In this document: positions 43,662 to 59,937 of the stretch, piece by piece
Position numbering within the stretch: the stretch's first letter is position 1
Layout: the number at the start of each line of letters is the position of its first letter
Assembly (NCBI GenBank): GCA_963720755.1
Contig: CAVRGP010000011.1
Coordinates: 480,001-544,000, forward strand
Source: an uncultured Chloroflexia bacterium
GTDB taxonomy: Bacteria > Chloroflexota > Limnocylindria > Limnocylindrales > CSP1-4
DNA length: 64,000 bases
Direction of reading: 5' to 3'
Made by a program: the position numbers and the translations under genes
Notes under the pieces: model-generated
Databases searched by the model: none
What the model was told of the DNA's origin: nothing
Seen by the model: the letters and a program-made list of their open reading frames with translations, nothing else

Positions 43662-45156
43662 CAGGCCGGAAGATCGAGACCACCGGCCCCCGGGCCGAAA
43701 CGGCAAGAAGGCCGGACATCGTTCGGATGGCCGGCAGCCCGGCAGGCCGCCCGGCGCAGGTCGTCGAGGTCGGCCCGGCCCAGGTGGCGACGCCGGCCAC
43801 ACCGGTCCGACGGGCCGTTCGGGCCCCAGGGGTCGATGGGACGACACACCGGGTCCCGGCGATGCAACGCGGCCGATCCGCCCACCGTGGGAACGCCCAC
43901 CGTGGGAACGCCCCGGCCACCGTCCAGTGGACGGCCATGGACCTCGCCACGGTGGTCCATCTCGCGGATCCGGCCGCGATCCAGGCCCGCCAGCCGACCG
44001 CGGGCCGGCTCGACCGCCCGCCGGTCAGGGCGACTGGCGACCACGATCCGATCGCGGCCGACCACCGGGCCCACGCCAGCCATGGGCTCCGCCACCCCGT
44101 CCGGGATGGCCCCCGGGTCCGCCAGGGTACCGACCGGGGATGCGTCCGCCCGGTCTCGGGGCGCCCGCGCCACGCACGCCGGCACCGCTCCCGGCCCCGG
44201 ACCTCCTGGAGCCCGATGAGGCCCTGGTGGCCGGACGTCGCCCGGTCGAGGAAGTGTTCGCATCCGGGCGGACTGCGCTGCGTCTCCTGGTGGTCCCCCA
44301 GCGGCGACAGGCCCTTGAACGACTCGTTCTCCACGCAACCCGGCTCCGGATCCCGATCGTCGAGGTCGAGGGCGGGACACTGACCGCCATCGCCGGGTTC
44401 GACGGCCACCAGGGCGTCGCGGTCGTCGTCGAGCCCCGGAGCTTCGCCACCATCGACGATGTTCTCGCCCGTGCGGCGGAACGTTCGGAGCCGCCGTTCA
44501 TCCTCGTCCTCGATTCGCTCGAGGACCCCCAGAACGTCGGGACGCTGCTCCGGAGCGCTGAGGCGGCCGGGGTGCATGGCGTGTTGTTCCCGACTCGGCG
44601 CCAGGCACCACTCTCTCCGGCCGCCGTGAAGGCCTCGGCGGGCGCCACGGAGCATCTCCTGCTCTGCCCGGTCGACGACCTCCCGGGCGCGCTCGCCGAT
44701 CTGCGGATCCACGGCCTGCGGATCGCGGGATCCGAGGCCGAGGCGCCACTGACCGCTCGACAGACCGACCTGCGCGGGCCGCTGGCCATCGTCGTGGGGA
44801 GCGAGGGCCAGGGCCTGGGGCCGGCCGTCCGTCGACGATGCGATCTGTTGATGCGGATCCCGATGCGCGGCGCGATCGGGTCGCTCAACGCCGCCGTCGC
44901 GGGTTCGGTCCTGCTGTTCGAAGCCGTCGCCCAGCGGGAGCCGGAACCAGGGAGCGCGGTGCCGGTCGCGCCCGAGGCAACGCCCACGCCCGCGGCGGCG
45001 AAGGCGTCGCGCCGGCGCCCGCGGGCGCATTCGACGGAGCCGCGGACGTCGACGCTCGAACAGGCCCCCACGCCCGCGGAGGGTGGCGATCCCGATGTCG
45101 AGCAGGAGCTGCTGCCGGGCGGTCCCGGTCCGGCAGTCGAGCCGGATGCGCCCTGA
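43654..45156 (+). CDS. rlmB: 23S rRNA Gm2251 methyltransferase with long Pro/Gly/Arg-rich N-terminal extension
   Basis: HQGV, LDSLEDPQNVG, KASAGA, GSEGQG and IPMRGAIGSLNAAVA SPOUT motifs. Confidence 0.9.
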   Translation: MADRPEDRDHRPPGRNGKKAGHRSDGRQPGRPPGAGRRGRPGPGGDAGHTGPTGRSGPRGRWDDTPGPGDATRPIRPPWERPPWERPGHRPVDGHGPRHGGPSRGSGRDPGPPADRGPARPPAGQGDWRPRSDRGRPPGPRQPWAPPPRPGWPPGPPGYRPGMRPPGLGAPAPRTPAPLPAPDLLEPDEALVAGRRPVEEVFASGRTALRLLVVPQRRQALERLVLHATRLRIPIVEVEGGTLTAIAGFDGHQGVAVVVEPRSFATIDDVLARAAERSEPPFILVLDSLEDPQNVGTLLRSAEAAGVHGVLFPTRRQAPLSPAAVKASAGATEHLLLCPVDDLPGALADLRIHGLRIAGSEAEAPLTARQTDLRGPLAIVVGSEGQGLGPAVRRRCDLLMRIPMRGAIGSLNAAVAGSVLLFEAVAQREPEPGSAVPVAPEATPTPAAAKASRRRPRAHSTEPRTSTLEQAPTPAEGGDPDVEQELLPGGPGPAVEPDAP

Positions 45157-45180
45157 CCAGGAGGACCTGAACCGGCACGC

Positions 45181-45210
45181 TTGACCCATCCGGCCGGCGC
45201 GCCCTATCAT
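45181..45210 (+). promoter_or_regulatory. Promoter of the tRNA-tuf operon
   Basis: TTGACC-18-TATCAT. Confidence 0.6.
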
Positions 45211-45256
45211 TCCCCGGCGCCGGAAGGGTCATCTGCGGTATGACCCTGCCTGTCGT

Positions 45257-45332
45257 GCCGACGTAGCTCAATTGGTAGAGCAGCGGTTTTGTAAACCGCA
45301 GGTTCCGGGTTCGAGTCCCGTCGTCGGCTCCA
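45257..45332 (+). tRNA. tRNA-Thr(TGT)
   Basis: GCGGT-TTTGTAA-ACCGC anticodon arm, CCA end. Confidence 0.96.
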
Positions 45333-45396
45333 GAGCGAAAAGATCCGGTGGCGGATCGCCCGGGCCGCAGGCCGGACACGAAAACGCTGCCACAGT

Positions 45397-45481
45397 GGGT
45401 AGGTTGAGCAGGTGGTGAGCTCCGCTGGCTGTAGACCAGCCGCCTTCGGCTGTGGGGGTTCGATTCCCTCCCTGCCCACCA
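45397..45481 (+). tRNA. tRNA-Tyr(GTA)
   Basis: GCTGG-CTGTAGA-CCAGC anticodon arm, variable arm, A73-CCA. Confidence 0.93.
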
Positions 45482-45506
45482 ATACAGCGAAAGTGATCGG
45501 TCCCGG

Positions 45507-45582
45507 GCCCACATAGCTCAGCTGGCAGAGCACTTCCTTGGTAAGGAAGAGGTCATCGGTTCGAGTCCGATTGTGGGCTCCA
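45507..45582 (+). tRNA. tRNA-Thr(GGT)
   Basis: CTTCC-TTGGTAA-GGAAG anticodon arm, CCA end. Confidence 0.96.
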
Positions 45583-45657
45583 CGCCCAGGCGGCCCGAAA
45601 GCCCCCTGAAGTCGACACAGCGGCGAAGCCGCGCCTGGTAAGGAGTGAAACGGTCTC

Positions 45658-46854
<1,197 letters not shown>

Positions 46855-46861
46855 GGACGAC

Positions 46862-47026
46862 ATGGCAAAAGTCGAAGCTCGTCCGACGATCCAGCTCGCT
46901 TGCACCGAGTGCAAGGAGCGGACCTACACGACGCGCAAGAACAAACGGAACGACCCCAACCGCCTGGAGCTTCAGAAATACTGTCCACGCTGCCGACGAC
47001 ATACACTTCACCGCGAGGCGAAGTAG
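46862..47026 (+). CDS. rpmG: 50S ribosomal protein L33 (Zn-binding form)
   Basis: [16 protein letters not shown]...[14 protein letters not shown]. Confidence 0.97.
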   Translation: MAKVEARPTIQLACTECKERTYTTRKNKRNDPNRLELQKYCPRCRRHTLHREAK

Positions 47027-47041
47027 GCAGGCGAGCCCCAC

Positions 47042-47117
47042 AGGGGTGTAGCTCAATTGGCAGAGCACTGGTCTCCAAAACCAGCGGTTGTAGGTTCGAG
47101 TCCTATCGCCCCTGCCA
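47042..47117 (+). tRNA. tRNA-Trp(CCA)
   Basis: CTGGT-CTCCAAA-ACCAG anticodon arm; between rpmG and secE. Confidence 0.96.
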
Positions 47118-47155
47118 CTTCACTTCCGTAGCCCGAGAGAAGAAGAACCACTGAC

Positions 47156-47338
47156 GTGACCCGCATCCGCCGTTACTTCGACGAAGTCTGGTCCGAGCTC
47201 CGCAAGGTCTCGTGGCCGACGCGCGAGCATGTCCGGAACCTCACGGTCCTGGTCTTCGCGATCAGCCTGGTGGTCGGCATCTACATCGCGTTCTGGGACG
47301 CCATCTTCCAGAACGTCATCGCGTTCATCGCGGGCTAG
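47156..47338 (+). CDS. secE: Preprotein translocase SecE
   Basis: ELRKVSWPTR plus one TM segment. Confidence 0.96.
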   Translation: MTRIRRYFDEVWSELRKVSWPTREHVRNLTVLVFAISLVVGIYIAFWDAIFQNVIAFIAG

Positions 47339-47344
47339 GGACGA

Positions 47345-47917
47345 ATGATGACCGAAACGACGACCGAGACCAAAGCCGAGAAGCGCTGGTATGTGATCCA
47401 TACCTACTCAGGCTATGAGAACAAGGTGAAGGCCAACCTCGAACACCGCATCGAATCGATGGGGATGGAAGACAAGATCTTCCAGGTCCTCGTCCCGATG
47501 GAGGACGAGATCGAGATCCGCCAGGGTCAGCGCCACACCGTCCAGAAGAAGGTCTATCCCGGGTACGTGCTCGTCGAGATGATCCTCGATCCGGACAGCT
47601 GGTTCGTCGTCCGCAACACGCCGGGCGTGACCAGCTTCGTCGGCGGGGCCAACATCCCGGGCGTTCGCAGCGAGCCGATCCCGCTCGACGAGAACGAAGT
47701 CAAGCAGATCCTGCGGCACATGGGCGTGGAGACGCCGAAGTACCGCGTCGCATTCACCAAGGGCCAGAGCGTCCGGGTCACCGACGGGCCGTTCGCCGAA
47801 TTCATCGGCACGGTCGACGAGGTCAACCCCGAGCGCAACAAGGTCAAGGTCCTGGTGAGCATCTTCGGCCGCGAGACCCCGGTCGAACTCGACTTCCTGC
47901 AGGTCGAGAAGCTCTAA
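47345..47917 (+). CDS. nusG: Transcription factor NusG
   Basis: [23 protein letters not shown] motif and [10 protein letters not shown]. Confidence 0.98.
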   Translation: MMTETTTETKAEKRWYVIHTYSGYENKVKANLEHRIESMGMEDKIFQVLVPMEDEIEIRQGQRHTVQKKVYPGYVLVEMILDPDSWFVVRNTPGVTSFVGGANIPGVRSEPIPLDENEVKQILRHMGVETPKYRVAFTKGQSVRVTDGPFAEFIGTVDEVNPERNKVKVLVSIFGRETPVELDFLQVEKL

Positions 47918-47936
47918 GAAAGGAACCCTGACACCC

Positions 47937-48362
47937 GTGGCCAAGAAGATCCGCATCGTCCTGACCCTGCAGTTGCCGGCTGGCAAGGCGACCCCCGCCC
48001 CGCCTGTCGGCACCGCCCTGGGCCCGCACGGCATCAACATCGTCGAGTTCACCAAGTCCTACAACGAGAAGACCGCCGACAAGGCCGGCCAGATCATCCC
48101 GGCCCAGATCACGATCTTCGAGGATCGGTCGTTCTCGTTCATCCTCAAGACGCCACCGGCGGCCGACCTCCTGCGCAAAGCGGCCGGCGTCGAGAAGGGC
48201 GCGGTCGCCACCCGCCGGGAGACGGTCGGCCGAGTCACCCGAGACCAGGTCCGCGAGATCGCGGGCATCAAGATGGCCGATCTCAACGCCAACGACGTCG
48301 ATGCGGCGATGCGCCAGATCGAAGGAACGGCCCGGAGCATGGGCATCGAGGTCATCGGCTAG
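47937..48362 (+). CDS. rplK: 50S ribosomal protein L11
   Basis: [20 protein letters not shown] and GTARSMG motifs. Confidence 0.98.
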   Translation: MAKKIRIVLTLQLPAGKATPAPPVGTALGPHGINIVEFTKSYNEKTADKAGQIIPAQITIFEDRSFSFILKTPPAADLLRKAAGVEKGAVATRRETVGRVTRDQVREIAGIKMADLNANDVDAAMRQIEGTARSMGIEVIG

Positions 48363-48404
48363 CCGATCGCACCGCGCCGCGGCGACGCTCGATTCGCCGA
48401 ACGA

Positions 48405-48455
48405 GGACCCCACGAGACGGGGGAGATCGAGCCAGGCTCGACCGCAAGAAGGGAA
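48405..48455 (+). promoter_or_regulatory. Putative L1 autoregulatory leader
   Basis: GGGAG-a-TCGAGCC-a-GGCTCGA-CC hairpin just upstream of the rplA RBS, resembling the L1-binding motif. Confidence 0.4.
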
Positions 48456-48462
48456 CGTGGAC

Positions 48463-49167
48463 ATGGCACACGGCAAGAAGTATTCCGAGGTCGCGAAGCT
48501 CGTCGATCGCGAGCAGATCTACGCCCCGCTGGCCGCGGCGGAACTGGTCAAGGAGACGACCTACGTCGCGTTCGACGCCACCGTCGAGGCGCATCTCCGA
48601 CTCGGTGTCGATCCTCGGCATGCGGACCAGATGGTCCGCGGCACGGTCGTCCTGCCGCACGGCACGGGCAAGGTCGTCCGGGTCGCCGTCTTCGCCCAGG
48701 GTGAGAAGGCGCAGGAAGCGCTTCGGGCCGGGGCCGACGAGGTCGGTGGCGAGGATCTGGTGAAGAAGATCGAAGCTGGCTGGCTCGAGTTCGATGTCGC
48801 CATCGCGACGCCTGATTCGATGGGGCTGGTCGGCAAGCTCGGGAAGATCCTGGGTCGGCGTGGCCTGATGCCGAACCCGAAGGCCGGGACGATCACCTTC
48901 GATGTCGACCGGGCGGTGCGGGAGGTCAAGGGCGGCCGTGTCGAGTTCCGGGTCGACAAGAGCGCCATCGTCCATGCTCCGGTCGGCAAGAGCAGCTTCG
49001 AGCCGGCGGACCTCGTCGACAACCTGGCTGCCCTGGTGGACGCCATCAACCGGGCCAAGCCCGCCGGGTCCAAGGGTCAGTACATCCGGGGCCTGACCAT
49101 CGCCAGCACGATGGGCCCGGGGATCCGGGTCGACGTGCCCGCCGTTCTTGCGGCCGCGGTCGCCTAG
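48463..49167 (+). CDS. rplA: 50S ribosomal protein L1
   Basis: [34 protein letters not shown] and STMGPG motifs. Confidence 0.98.
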   Translation: MAHGKKYSEVAKLVDREQIYAPLAAAELVKETTYVAFDATVEAHLRLGVDPRHADQMVRGTVVLPHGTGKVVRVAVFAQGEKAQEALRAGADEVGGEDLVKKIEAGWLEFDVAIATPDSMGLVGKLGKILGRRGLMPNPKAGTITFDVDRAVREVKGGRVEFRVDKSAIVHAPVGKSSFEPADLVDNLAALVDAINRAKPAGSKGQYIRGLTIASTMGPGIRVDVPAVLAAAVA

Positions 49168-49247
49168 TCACCATCCAGGGGCCGGCGCCAGCCGGTCATC
49201 AACCACGGTGGCGGTCGAGAGGCGCGTCACCTGACCATACAGACGAA

Positions 49248-49385
49248 ACCGCCGCAGACAGCCTGCGCCCGCGGGTTCGCCAGCGCCCAAGCGCTGACGA
49301 CCGGGGCTTGATCCGTCGGACCGGATCGATCAGTTGCCCAGACTGGGTCGCCGATCGGGGACGCCGACGAGCACGCCGAGGCAGA
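49248..49385 (+). promoter_or_regulatory. L10 leader (rplJL autoregulatory RNA), expanded
   Basis: CCGCAGACAG...CTTGA...GCCGAGG motif upstream of rplJ. Confidence 0.55.
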
Positions 49386-49510
49386 CGCGCCGCTCCACCC
49401 AACGGTGGGACGCGCTCCTGCGAGTGGGGGACGTCGCAGGGGCCGGCCGGTCAAGTGATCGGCGACCCACCGTCGCACGCCGGTCGCGTGCCGGAAGAAG
49501 GAGCAGGCAT

Positions 49511-50041
49511 ATGCCGACGGAGGCCAAACGAGCGACCGTCGCCGAGCTGCGCGAAGAACTCGCCAAGGCGCGGACGATGATCGTGTCCGAATATCGCGGC
49601 CTCGACGTGAAGGAGATCGCCGAGATCCGGCGAAACCTGCGCAAGCAGGACGTGACCTACCGGGTCGTCAAGAACCGGTTGATGCGGATCGCCGCCGAGG
49701 GTTCGGTCGGTGATGCCCTGAGTCCATTGCTGGTCGGCCCGACCGCGATCGCCTTCGGCACCGACGAGGCCTCCACGGCCAAAGCGGTCATCGATGCCAC
49801 CCGCCCGTATGCGCGGGTCGTCCGGATCACCGGCGGCGTGCTCGGGGACCGGGCCATCGGCGCCGACGACGTGACCCGCCTGGCCGCCCTGCCGTCGCGC
49901 GACGTCCTGCTGGCCAAGTTGGCCGGTGGGATGCAGGCACCGGTCGGGACCCTTGCCGGTCTGTTCGCCGCCCCGCTGCGCAACCTGGGTTATGCCCTGC
50001 AGCAGGTCGCCGATCAGAAGGCTGCCGAGTCGGGGGCCTAG
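49511..50041 (+). CDS. rplJ: 50S ribosomal protein L10
   Basis: EYRGLDV, VVKNRL, GPTAIAF and LAALPSR motifs. Confidence 0.97.
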   Translation: MPTEAKRATVAELREELAKARTMIVSEYRGLDVKEIAEIRRNLRKQDVTYRVVKNRLMRIAAEGSVGDALSPLLVGPTAIAFGTDEASTAKAVIDATRPYARVVRITGGVLGDRAIGADDVTRLAALPSRDVLLAKLAGGMQAPVGTLAGLFAAPLRNLGYALQQVADQKAAESGA

Positions 50042-50094
50042 ACCGTCCAGGCTCGCTCACACCACCTCACCAGACACGACACAAGGAGAACACC

Positions 50095-50487
50095 ATGGCT
50101 GTCCTGACCCAGGATGATCTGCTCGAAGCGATCGACAAGATGACCGTCCTCGAGCTGTCCGAATTCATCAAGCGCTTCGAGGAGCGGTATGGCGTCACCG
50201 CTGCCGCCCCGGCCGCTGCCGCTGCCCCCGCCGCGGCCGCGGGAGCCTCTGAGGCCGTCGCGGCCCCAGAGGAGCAGACCGAGTTCACCGTGACTCTGAC
50301 CGAGATCGGGCCGAACAAGATCCCGGTCATCAAGGTCGTTCGCGAGCTGACCGGGCTGGGCCTCAAGGAGGCCAAGGACGTGGTCGATGCCGCGCCCAAG
50401 GCCGTCAAGGAAGGCGTCACGAAGGACGAGGCCGAGAAGATCAAGGCCGCCCTCGAGGAGCAGGGAGCCAAGGCCGAGATCAAGTAG
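50095..50487 (+). CDS. rplL: 50S ribosomal protein L7/L12
   Basis: [13 protein letters not shown] and [17 protein letters not shown] motifs. Confidence 0.98.
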   Translation: MAVLTQDDLLEAIDKMTVLELSEFIKRFEERYGVTAAAPAAAAAPAAAAGASEAVAAPEEQTEFTVTLTEIGPNKIPVIKVVRELTGLGLKEAKDVVDAAPKAVKEGVTKDEAEKIKAALEEQGAKAEIK

Positions 50488-50583
50488 TGCCGGCGCCGGG
50501 CGGCGCATCCGTGCGTTGCCCGGCGACCCCACGGGTCAGCTTGGTTGCGGACGGATCCAGGTCCCTAGCATCTCTGAAGGCGT

Positions 50584-50611
50584 TTGACAAGATGCGAAAT
50601 CGCGGTATCCT
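50584..50611 (+). promoter_or_regulatory. rpoBC promoter
   Basis: TTGACA-16-TATCCT. Confidence 0.55.
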
Positions 50612-50672
50612 ACTCCTTCTGTGAGCCCGGCCTCTCTTTTCCCTTTCTACCTCCGTCAAGGAGTGGTGCTTC

Positions 50673-53600
50673 ATGCTGTCTGCTGAGTCTTTGACTCGCG
50701 CCCGGACCCCATCGGGTCGCATCTCGTATGCCCACATCGATCGCAAGGTCGACGGGATCAGTTACGAGAAGTTCGAGATCCCCAACCTGATCGAGCTGCA
50801 GCTCGACTCGTTTGCCTGGTTCGTCGAGCACGGCCTGCGGGACCTGCTTGATGAGATCAGTCCGATCAAGGACTTCACGGGCAAGGTCATGGAGCTCGAA
50901 TTCCTTGACTACGAGTTCGGCGCTCCGAAGTACTCCGAGGAGGAATGCCGGACGAAGGACCTGACGTTCAGCAAGCCGCTCTACGTCAACGTCGAACTCC
51001 TGATCAAGGAAACCGGCGAGATCCAGCGCCAGCGGGTGTACATGGGCGACTACCCGTGGATGACCGACCAGGGGACCTTCGTCATCAACGGCGCTGAGCG
51101 TGTCGTCGTCAGCCAGTTGGTCCGCTCACCGGGCGTCTACTACAGCGAGACGGAGGACCCGGCATCCGGCCGGATGCTCTTCAGCGCGAAGGTCATCCCG
51201 AACCGAGGCGCCTGGCTGGAGTTCGAGACCAACAACAAGGACCAGCTCTGGGTCAAGGTGGATCGCAAGCGCAAGATCGCGGCGACGACCCTGCTCCGCG
51301 CCGTCGGGTACGAAGAGAACGACGAGATCGCAGCGCTGTTCAGCCCGGTCGATGTCGACCTGGAGCATCCGTATATCGCCGCAACGCTGGACAAGGACCT
51401 GACCCACACCCAGGGCGAGGCCCTGATCGAGGTCTACAAGAAGCTTCGGCCCGGCGATCCGCCCACCGGCGACAATGCCCGCCAGCTGGTCGAGAGCCTG
51501 TTCTTCAACTTCCGGCGCTACGACCTCGGCCGGGTCGGCCGGTACAAGTTCAACAAGAAGCTGGATTCGGTGGCCGGGCGGCTCAACATCGAACTGCCGC
51601 GTGAGGGCCGGACGATCACCCGCGAGGACATCGCGGCGATCGTCGGACATCTCATCGAATGCAACCGGGGACTGCACCCGAAGGACGACATCGACCATCT
51701 CGGCAACCGCCGGATCCGGGCCAACGGCGAGCTGATCCAGAACGCGTTCCGGATCGGCCTGCTCCGCATGGAGCGCGTCGTCCGTGAGCGGATGACGATC
51801 CAGGAACTGGACAAGGCGACCCCGAATGCCCTGATCAACATCCGGCCGGTCGTCGCCGCGATGAAGGAATTCTTCGGTGGCAGCCAGCTCAGCCAGTTCA
51901 TGGACCAGACCAACCCGCTCGCCGAGCTGACCAGCAAGCGTCGCCTGTCGGCCCTCGGACCGGGTGGCCTGTCCCGCGAGCGAGCCGGTTTCGACGTCCG
52001 AGACGTCCACCACAGCCACTACGGCCGGATCTGCCCGATCGAGACGCCGGAAGGTCCGAACATCGGCCTGATCGGCTCGCTTGCGACCTATGGTCGGATC
52101 AACAGCTACGGCTTCATCGAAACGCCGTACCGCCGGGTCAAGCGAACCGTCAGTTACGAGGATGCGGACCTCACCCGGTACGAGGCCGGAGACGACCTCG
52201 TGACGAAGAGTGGGGACGTGGTCCTCGCGGCGGGCAAGTCGTTCGACGCGAAGGCCGTGGCGGAACTCAAGAAGCAGAAGGCCCGGGCATTCCCGATCCG
52301 TCCGGTCGTGACCGACGAGATCCATTACATGCCGGCCGATGAGGAAGAGGAGCACGTCGTCGCCCAGGCCAATGCGCCGCTCGACGACGAGGGTCACTTC
52401 ACCGCTGAGCGGATCCCGTCGCGCTATCGCGACACGTTCCCGGAGGCACGCGCCAGCCAGATCGAATACATGGATGTATCCCCGAAACAGGTCGTTTCGG
52501 TGGCCACGGCGCTCATCCCGTTCCTCGAGCACGACGACGCCAACCGGGCCCTGATGGGTTCGAACATGCAGCGCCAGGCAGTCCCACTGCTCGAACCCGA
52601 ATCGCCGATCGTCGGCACGGGGATGGAGGAGCGGGCGGCTCGAGACTCCGGCCAGGTCCTCGTCGCCAAGCGCGGCGGGCTGATCACCAGCGTCACGGCG
52701 GAGCGGATCCACATCGAGACCGATGCCGGCGAACTCGACGAGTACAAGCTGCTGAAGTTCGTGCGCAGCAACCAGGGCACGTGCATCAATCAACGCCCCA
52801 TCGTCAACGTCGGTGATCGGGTGGCGGACGGTCAGCCGTTGGCCGACTCCAGCTCGACCCAGCTGGGCGAGCTCGCGCTCGGGCGCAACATCCTGGTCGC
52901 GTTCATGAGCTGGGAGGGCGGCAACTACGAGGACGCCATCGTCATCAGCGATCGCCTCGTCCGCGACGACCTCTTCACCAGCATCCACATCGAGAAGCAC
53001 GAGATGGAGTCGCGGGACACCAAGCTCGGCCCCGAAGAGATCACCCGCGACATCCCCAACGTCGGCGAGGAGTCCCTCAAGGACCTCGACGAGGAAGGGA
53101 TCGTCTACATCGGGGCGGAAGTCCGGCCCGGTGACATCCTCGTCGGCAAGATCACGCCGAAGGGCGAGACCGAGCTGACCGCCGAGGAGCGCCTCCTGCG
53201 GGCCATCTTCGGCGAGAAGGCTCGCGAGGTGAAGGACAGTTCGCTGCGCCTGCCCCACGGGGAGCGCGGCAAGGTCGTCGAGGTCCGCGAGTTCCGCCGA
53301 GAGCTGAACGACGACCTGCAGCCCGGCGTCAATCGACTCGTCCGGGTGTCGGTCGCCCAGAAGCGCAAGATCAGCGTCGGCGACAAGATGGCCGGCCGCC
53401 ACGGCAACAAGGGGGTCATCGCCAAGATCCTGCCGGCCGAGGACATGCCCTTCCTCCCGGATGGGACCCCGGTCGACATCATCCTCAATCCACTCGGCGT
53501 GCCGAGCCGGATGAATATCGGCCAGATCCTCGAGACCCACCTTGGCTGGGCGCTCCACGCCAAGGGCCTGAAGGCCGCCACGGCGGTGTTCGACGGCGCC

Positions 53601-54149
53601 ACCGAGCACGACATCCGGACCGAGCTCCTCGAAGCCGGCCTGCCCGAGAATGGCAAGACCGAACTCCGGGATGGCCGGACCGGTGAATCGTTCGACCGCC
53701 CGATCACCGTCGGCTACATCTACATGCTCAAGCTCCACCACCTCGTCGAGGACAAGATCCACGCCCGATCCACTGGTCCGTACAGCCTCATCACCCAGCA
53801 GCCGCTCGGTGGCAAGGCCCAGTTCGGCGGCCAGCGGTTCGGTGAGATGGAGGTCTGGGCCCTGGAGGCGTACGGCGCGGCCAACATCCTTCAGGAACTG
53901 CTGACCGTGAAGTCGGATGACGTCCTTGGCCGGGTCCAGACCTACGAAGCCATCGTCAAGGGCGAGGAGATCCAGCCACCACGCGTCCCCGAATCGTTCA
54001 AGGTCCTCATCAAGGAATTGCGGAGCCTCGGTCTCAATGCCGAGATCCTCGATCCCAACGACGAGGAGATCCCACTCGCGGAGGACGATGCCTCCGGCTA
54101 CCTGTTGCCAGATCTCGGCGGGATCAATCTCGCCGGGTTCGAGGACTGA
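50673..54149 (+). CDS. rpoB: RNA polymerase beta subunit
   Basis: [36 protein letters not shown] and GGQRFGEME motifs. Confidence 0.99.
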   Translation: MLSAESLTRARTPSGRISYAHIDRKVDGISYEKFEIPNLIELQLDSFAWFVEHGLRDLLDEISPIKDFTGKVMELEFLDYEFGAPKYSEEECRTKDLTFSKPLYVNVELLIKETGEIQRQRVYMGDYPWMTDQGTFVINGAERVVVSQLVRSPGVYYSETEDPASGRMLFSAKVIPNRGAWLEFETNNKDQLWVKVDRKRKIAATTLLRAVGYEENDEIAALFSPVDVDLEHPYIAATLDKDLTHTQGEALIEVYKKLRPGDPPTGDNARQLVESLFFNFRRYDLGRVGRYKFNKKLDSVAGRLNIELPREGRTITREDIAAIVGHLIECNRGLHPKDDIDHLGNRRIRANGELIQNAFRIGLLRMERVVRERMTIQELDKATPNALINIRPVVAAMKEFFGGSQLSQFMDQTNPLAELTSKRRLSALGPGGLSRERAGFDVRDVHHSHYGRICPIETPEGPNIGLIGSLATYGRINSYGFIETPYRRVKRTVSYEDADLTRYEAGDDLVTKSGDVVLAAGKSFDAKAVAELKKQKARAFPIRPVVTDEIHYMPADEEEEHVVAQANAPLDDEGHFTAERIPSRYRDTFPEARASQIEYMDVSPKQVVSVATALIPFLEHDDANRALMGSNMQRQAVPLLEPESPIVGTGMEERAARDSGQVLVAKRGGLITSVTAERIHIETDAGELDEYKLLKFVRSNQGTCINQRPIVNVGDRVADGQPLADSSSTQLGELALGRNILVAFMSWEGGNYEDAIVISDRLVRDDLFTSIHIEKHEMESRDTKLGPEEITRDIPNVGEESLKDLDEEGIVYIGAEVRPGDILVGKITPKGETELTAEERLLRAIFGEKAREVKDSSLRLPHGERGKVVEVREFRRELNDDLQPGVNRLVRVSVAQKRKISVGDKMAGRHGNKGVIAKILPAEDMPFLPDGTPVDIILNPLGVPSRMNIGQILETHLGWALHAKGLKAATAVFDGATEHDIRTELLEAGLPENGKTELRDGRTGESFDRPITVGYIYMLKLHHLVEDKIHARSTGPYSLITQQPLGGKAQFGGQRFGEMEVWALEAYGAANILQELLTVKSDDVLGRVQTYEAIVKGEEIQPPRVPESFKVLIKELRSLGLNAEILDPNDEEIPLAEDDASGYLLPDLGGINLAGFED

Positions 54150-54271
54150 TCGTCTGTCATTGAACCTGTCCCCGACCCGATACCCGCAGGCTCGCGTCAT
54201 GGCCGTCGCGTTCCTGCCCGCTCACGGTCCGCATCGCGTCGCCGAGCCAGACGGCAGCGCGGAGGAGAACC

Positions 54272-58774
<4,503 letters not shown>

Positions 58775-58817
58775 CCAGGCAGCTCGCGAAACCGTCATCT
58801 GGCGGCTCCACGAGCGT

Positions 58818-58847
58818 TTGACACGCTCGTCGGGCCGCTGATAGACT
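58818..58847 (+). promoter_or_regulatory. str operon promoter
   Basis: TTGACA-18-TAGACT with extended TG. Confidence 0.6.
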
Positions 58848-59019
58848 CCGCCTTCGTGGCCTCGGGAGGGGTCCGCCCTCGGCGCGTGCGCCGGAGACCC
58901 ATCTTGGACCCCAGACACACCCGGTCGACGACCGCCGACCAGCCGGCGGCGACCACCGACCCGCCCCGGTCGGTGACGACCGACCAACCGACGATCCGAC
59001 CGAAAGGAGCAGCGACTTC

Positions 59020-59448
59020 GTGCCGACGATCAGCCAGCTCGTCCGCCACGGCCGCAAGCGCAAGATCTCGAAGATCAAGGCGCCGGCCATGCGCAAGAAC
59101 TGGAACAGCCTGCGGCAGCGCCAGGTTTCGATCCCGGGCGCCCCACAGAAGCGCGGGGTCTGCCTTCAGGTCCGGACGATGACGCCCAAGAAGCCGAACT
59201 CCGCGTTGCGCAAGATCGCCCGCGTGCGCCTGACCAACCAGATGGAGGTCACGGCCTACATCCCCGGCATCGGTCACAACCTGCAGGAGCACTCGGTCGT
59301 GCTCGTCCGCGGCGGCCGGGTCAAGGACCTGCCCTCGGTCAAGTACCACATCATCCGGGGCACCCTGGATGCGGCTGGCGTTCGTGATCGAAAGCAGGGG
59401 CGCAGCAAGTACGGCGCGAAGTCTGCGGGCAAGGCAGGGATCCGCTAG
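59020..59448 (+). CDS. rpsL: 30S ribosomal protein S12
   Basis: [20 protein letters not shown] and RGGRVKDLP motifs. Confidence 0.98.
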   Translation: MPTISQLVRHGRKRKISKIKAPAMRKNWNSLRQRQVSIPGAPQKRGVCLQVRTMTPKKPNSALRKIARVRLTNQMEVTAYIPGIGHNLQEHSVVLVRGGRVKDLPSVKYHIIRGTLDAAGVRDRKQGRSKYGAKSAGKAGIR

Positions 59449-59916
59449 ATGCCACGCCGCACGAGCATCCCGCGCAAGTCCAAGTACGAGACCATCCCGG
59501 CCAACCGGATGACCGCCCGGTTCTCGGCCAAGTTGATGAAGGGCGGCAAGCAGAACCTTGCCGAACGGATCCTGCGCCAGGCTCTGGCCCGTGCTGAAGC
59601 CCAGGCCGGGCGGCCGGGGCTGGAGATCCTCGAGGCGGCGATGCGCAATGCGACCCCCATCATCGAGGTCAAGCCCCGCCGTGTCGGCGGCGCCACCTAC
59701 CAGGTCCCGGTCGAGATCCGGGGCGATCGCCGAATGTCGCTGGGTGTCCGCTGGCTCGTCCAGTCGGCCCGCAAGCGAAACGGCAAGAGCATGAGCGAGA
59801 AGCTCGCCGCCGAACTCGTGGACGCGATGAACGGCCTCGGGGCAGCGGTGAAGCGACGAGAAGACACGCACAAGATGGCGGAGGCCAACCGGGCCTTCAG
59901 CCATTTCAAGTGGTAG
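59449..59916 (+). CDS. rpsG: 30S ribosomal protein S7
   Basis: RRVGGATYQVP and HKMAEANRAF motifs. Confidence 0.98.
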   Translation: MPRRTSIPRKSKYETIPANRMTARFSAKLMKGGKQNLAERILRQALARAEAQAGRPGLEILEAAMRNATPIIEVKPRRVGGATYQVPVEIRGDRRMSLGVRWLVQSARKRNGKSMSEKLAAELVDAMNGLGAAVKRREDTHKMAEANRAFSHFKW

Positions 59917-59937
59917 ATCCGGGAGCGTAGGCAGACC

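Noticed and set aside
58920-59002. (C)GACC-rich low-complexity run in the rpsL leader
   Set aside because: Irregular spacing with no defined unit; probably part of an ordinary str leader.
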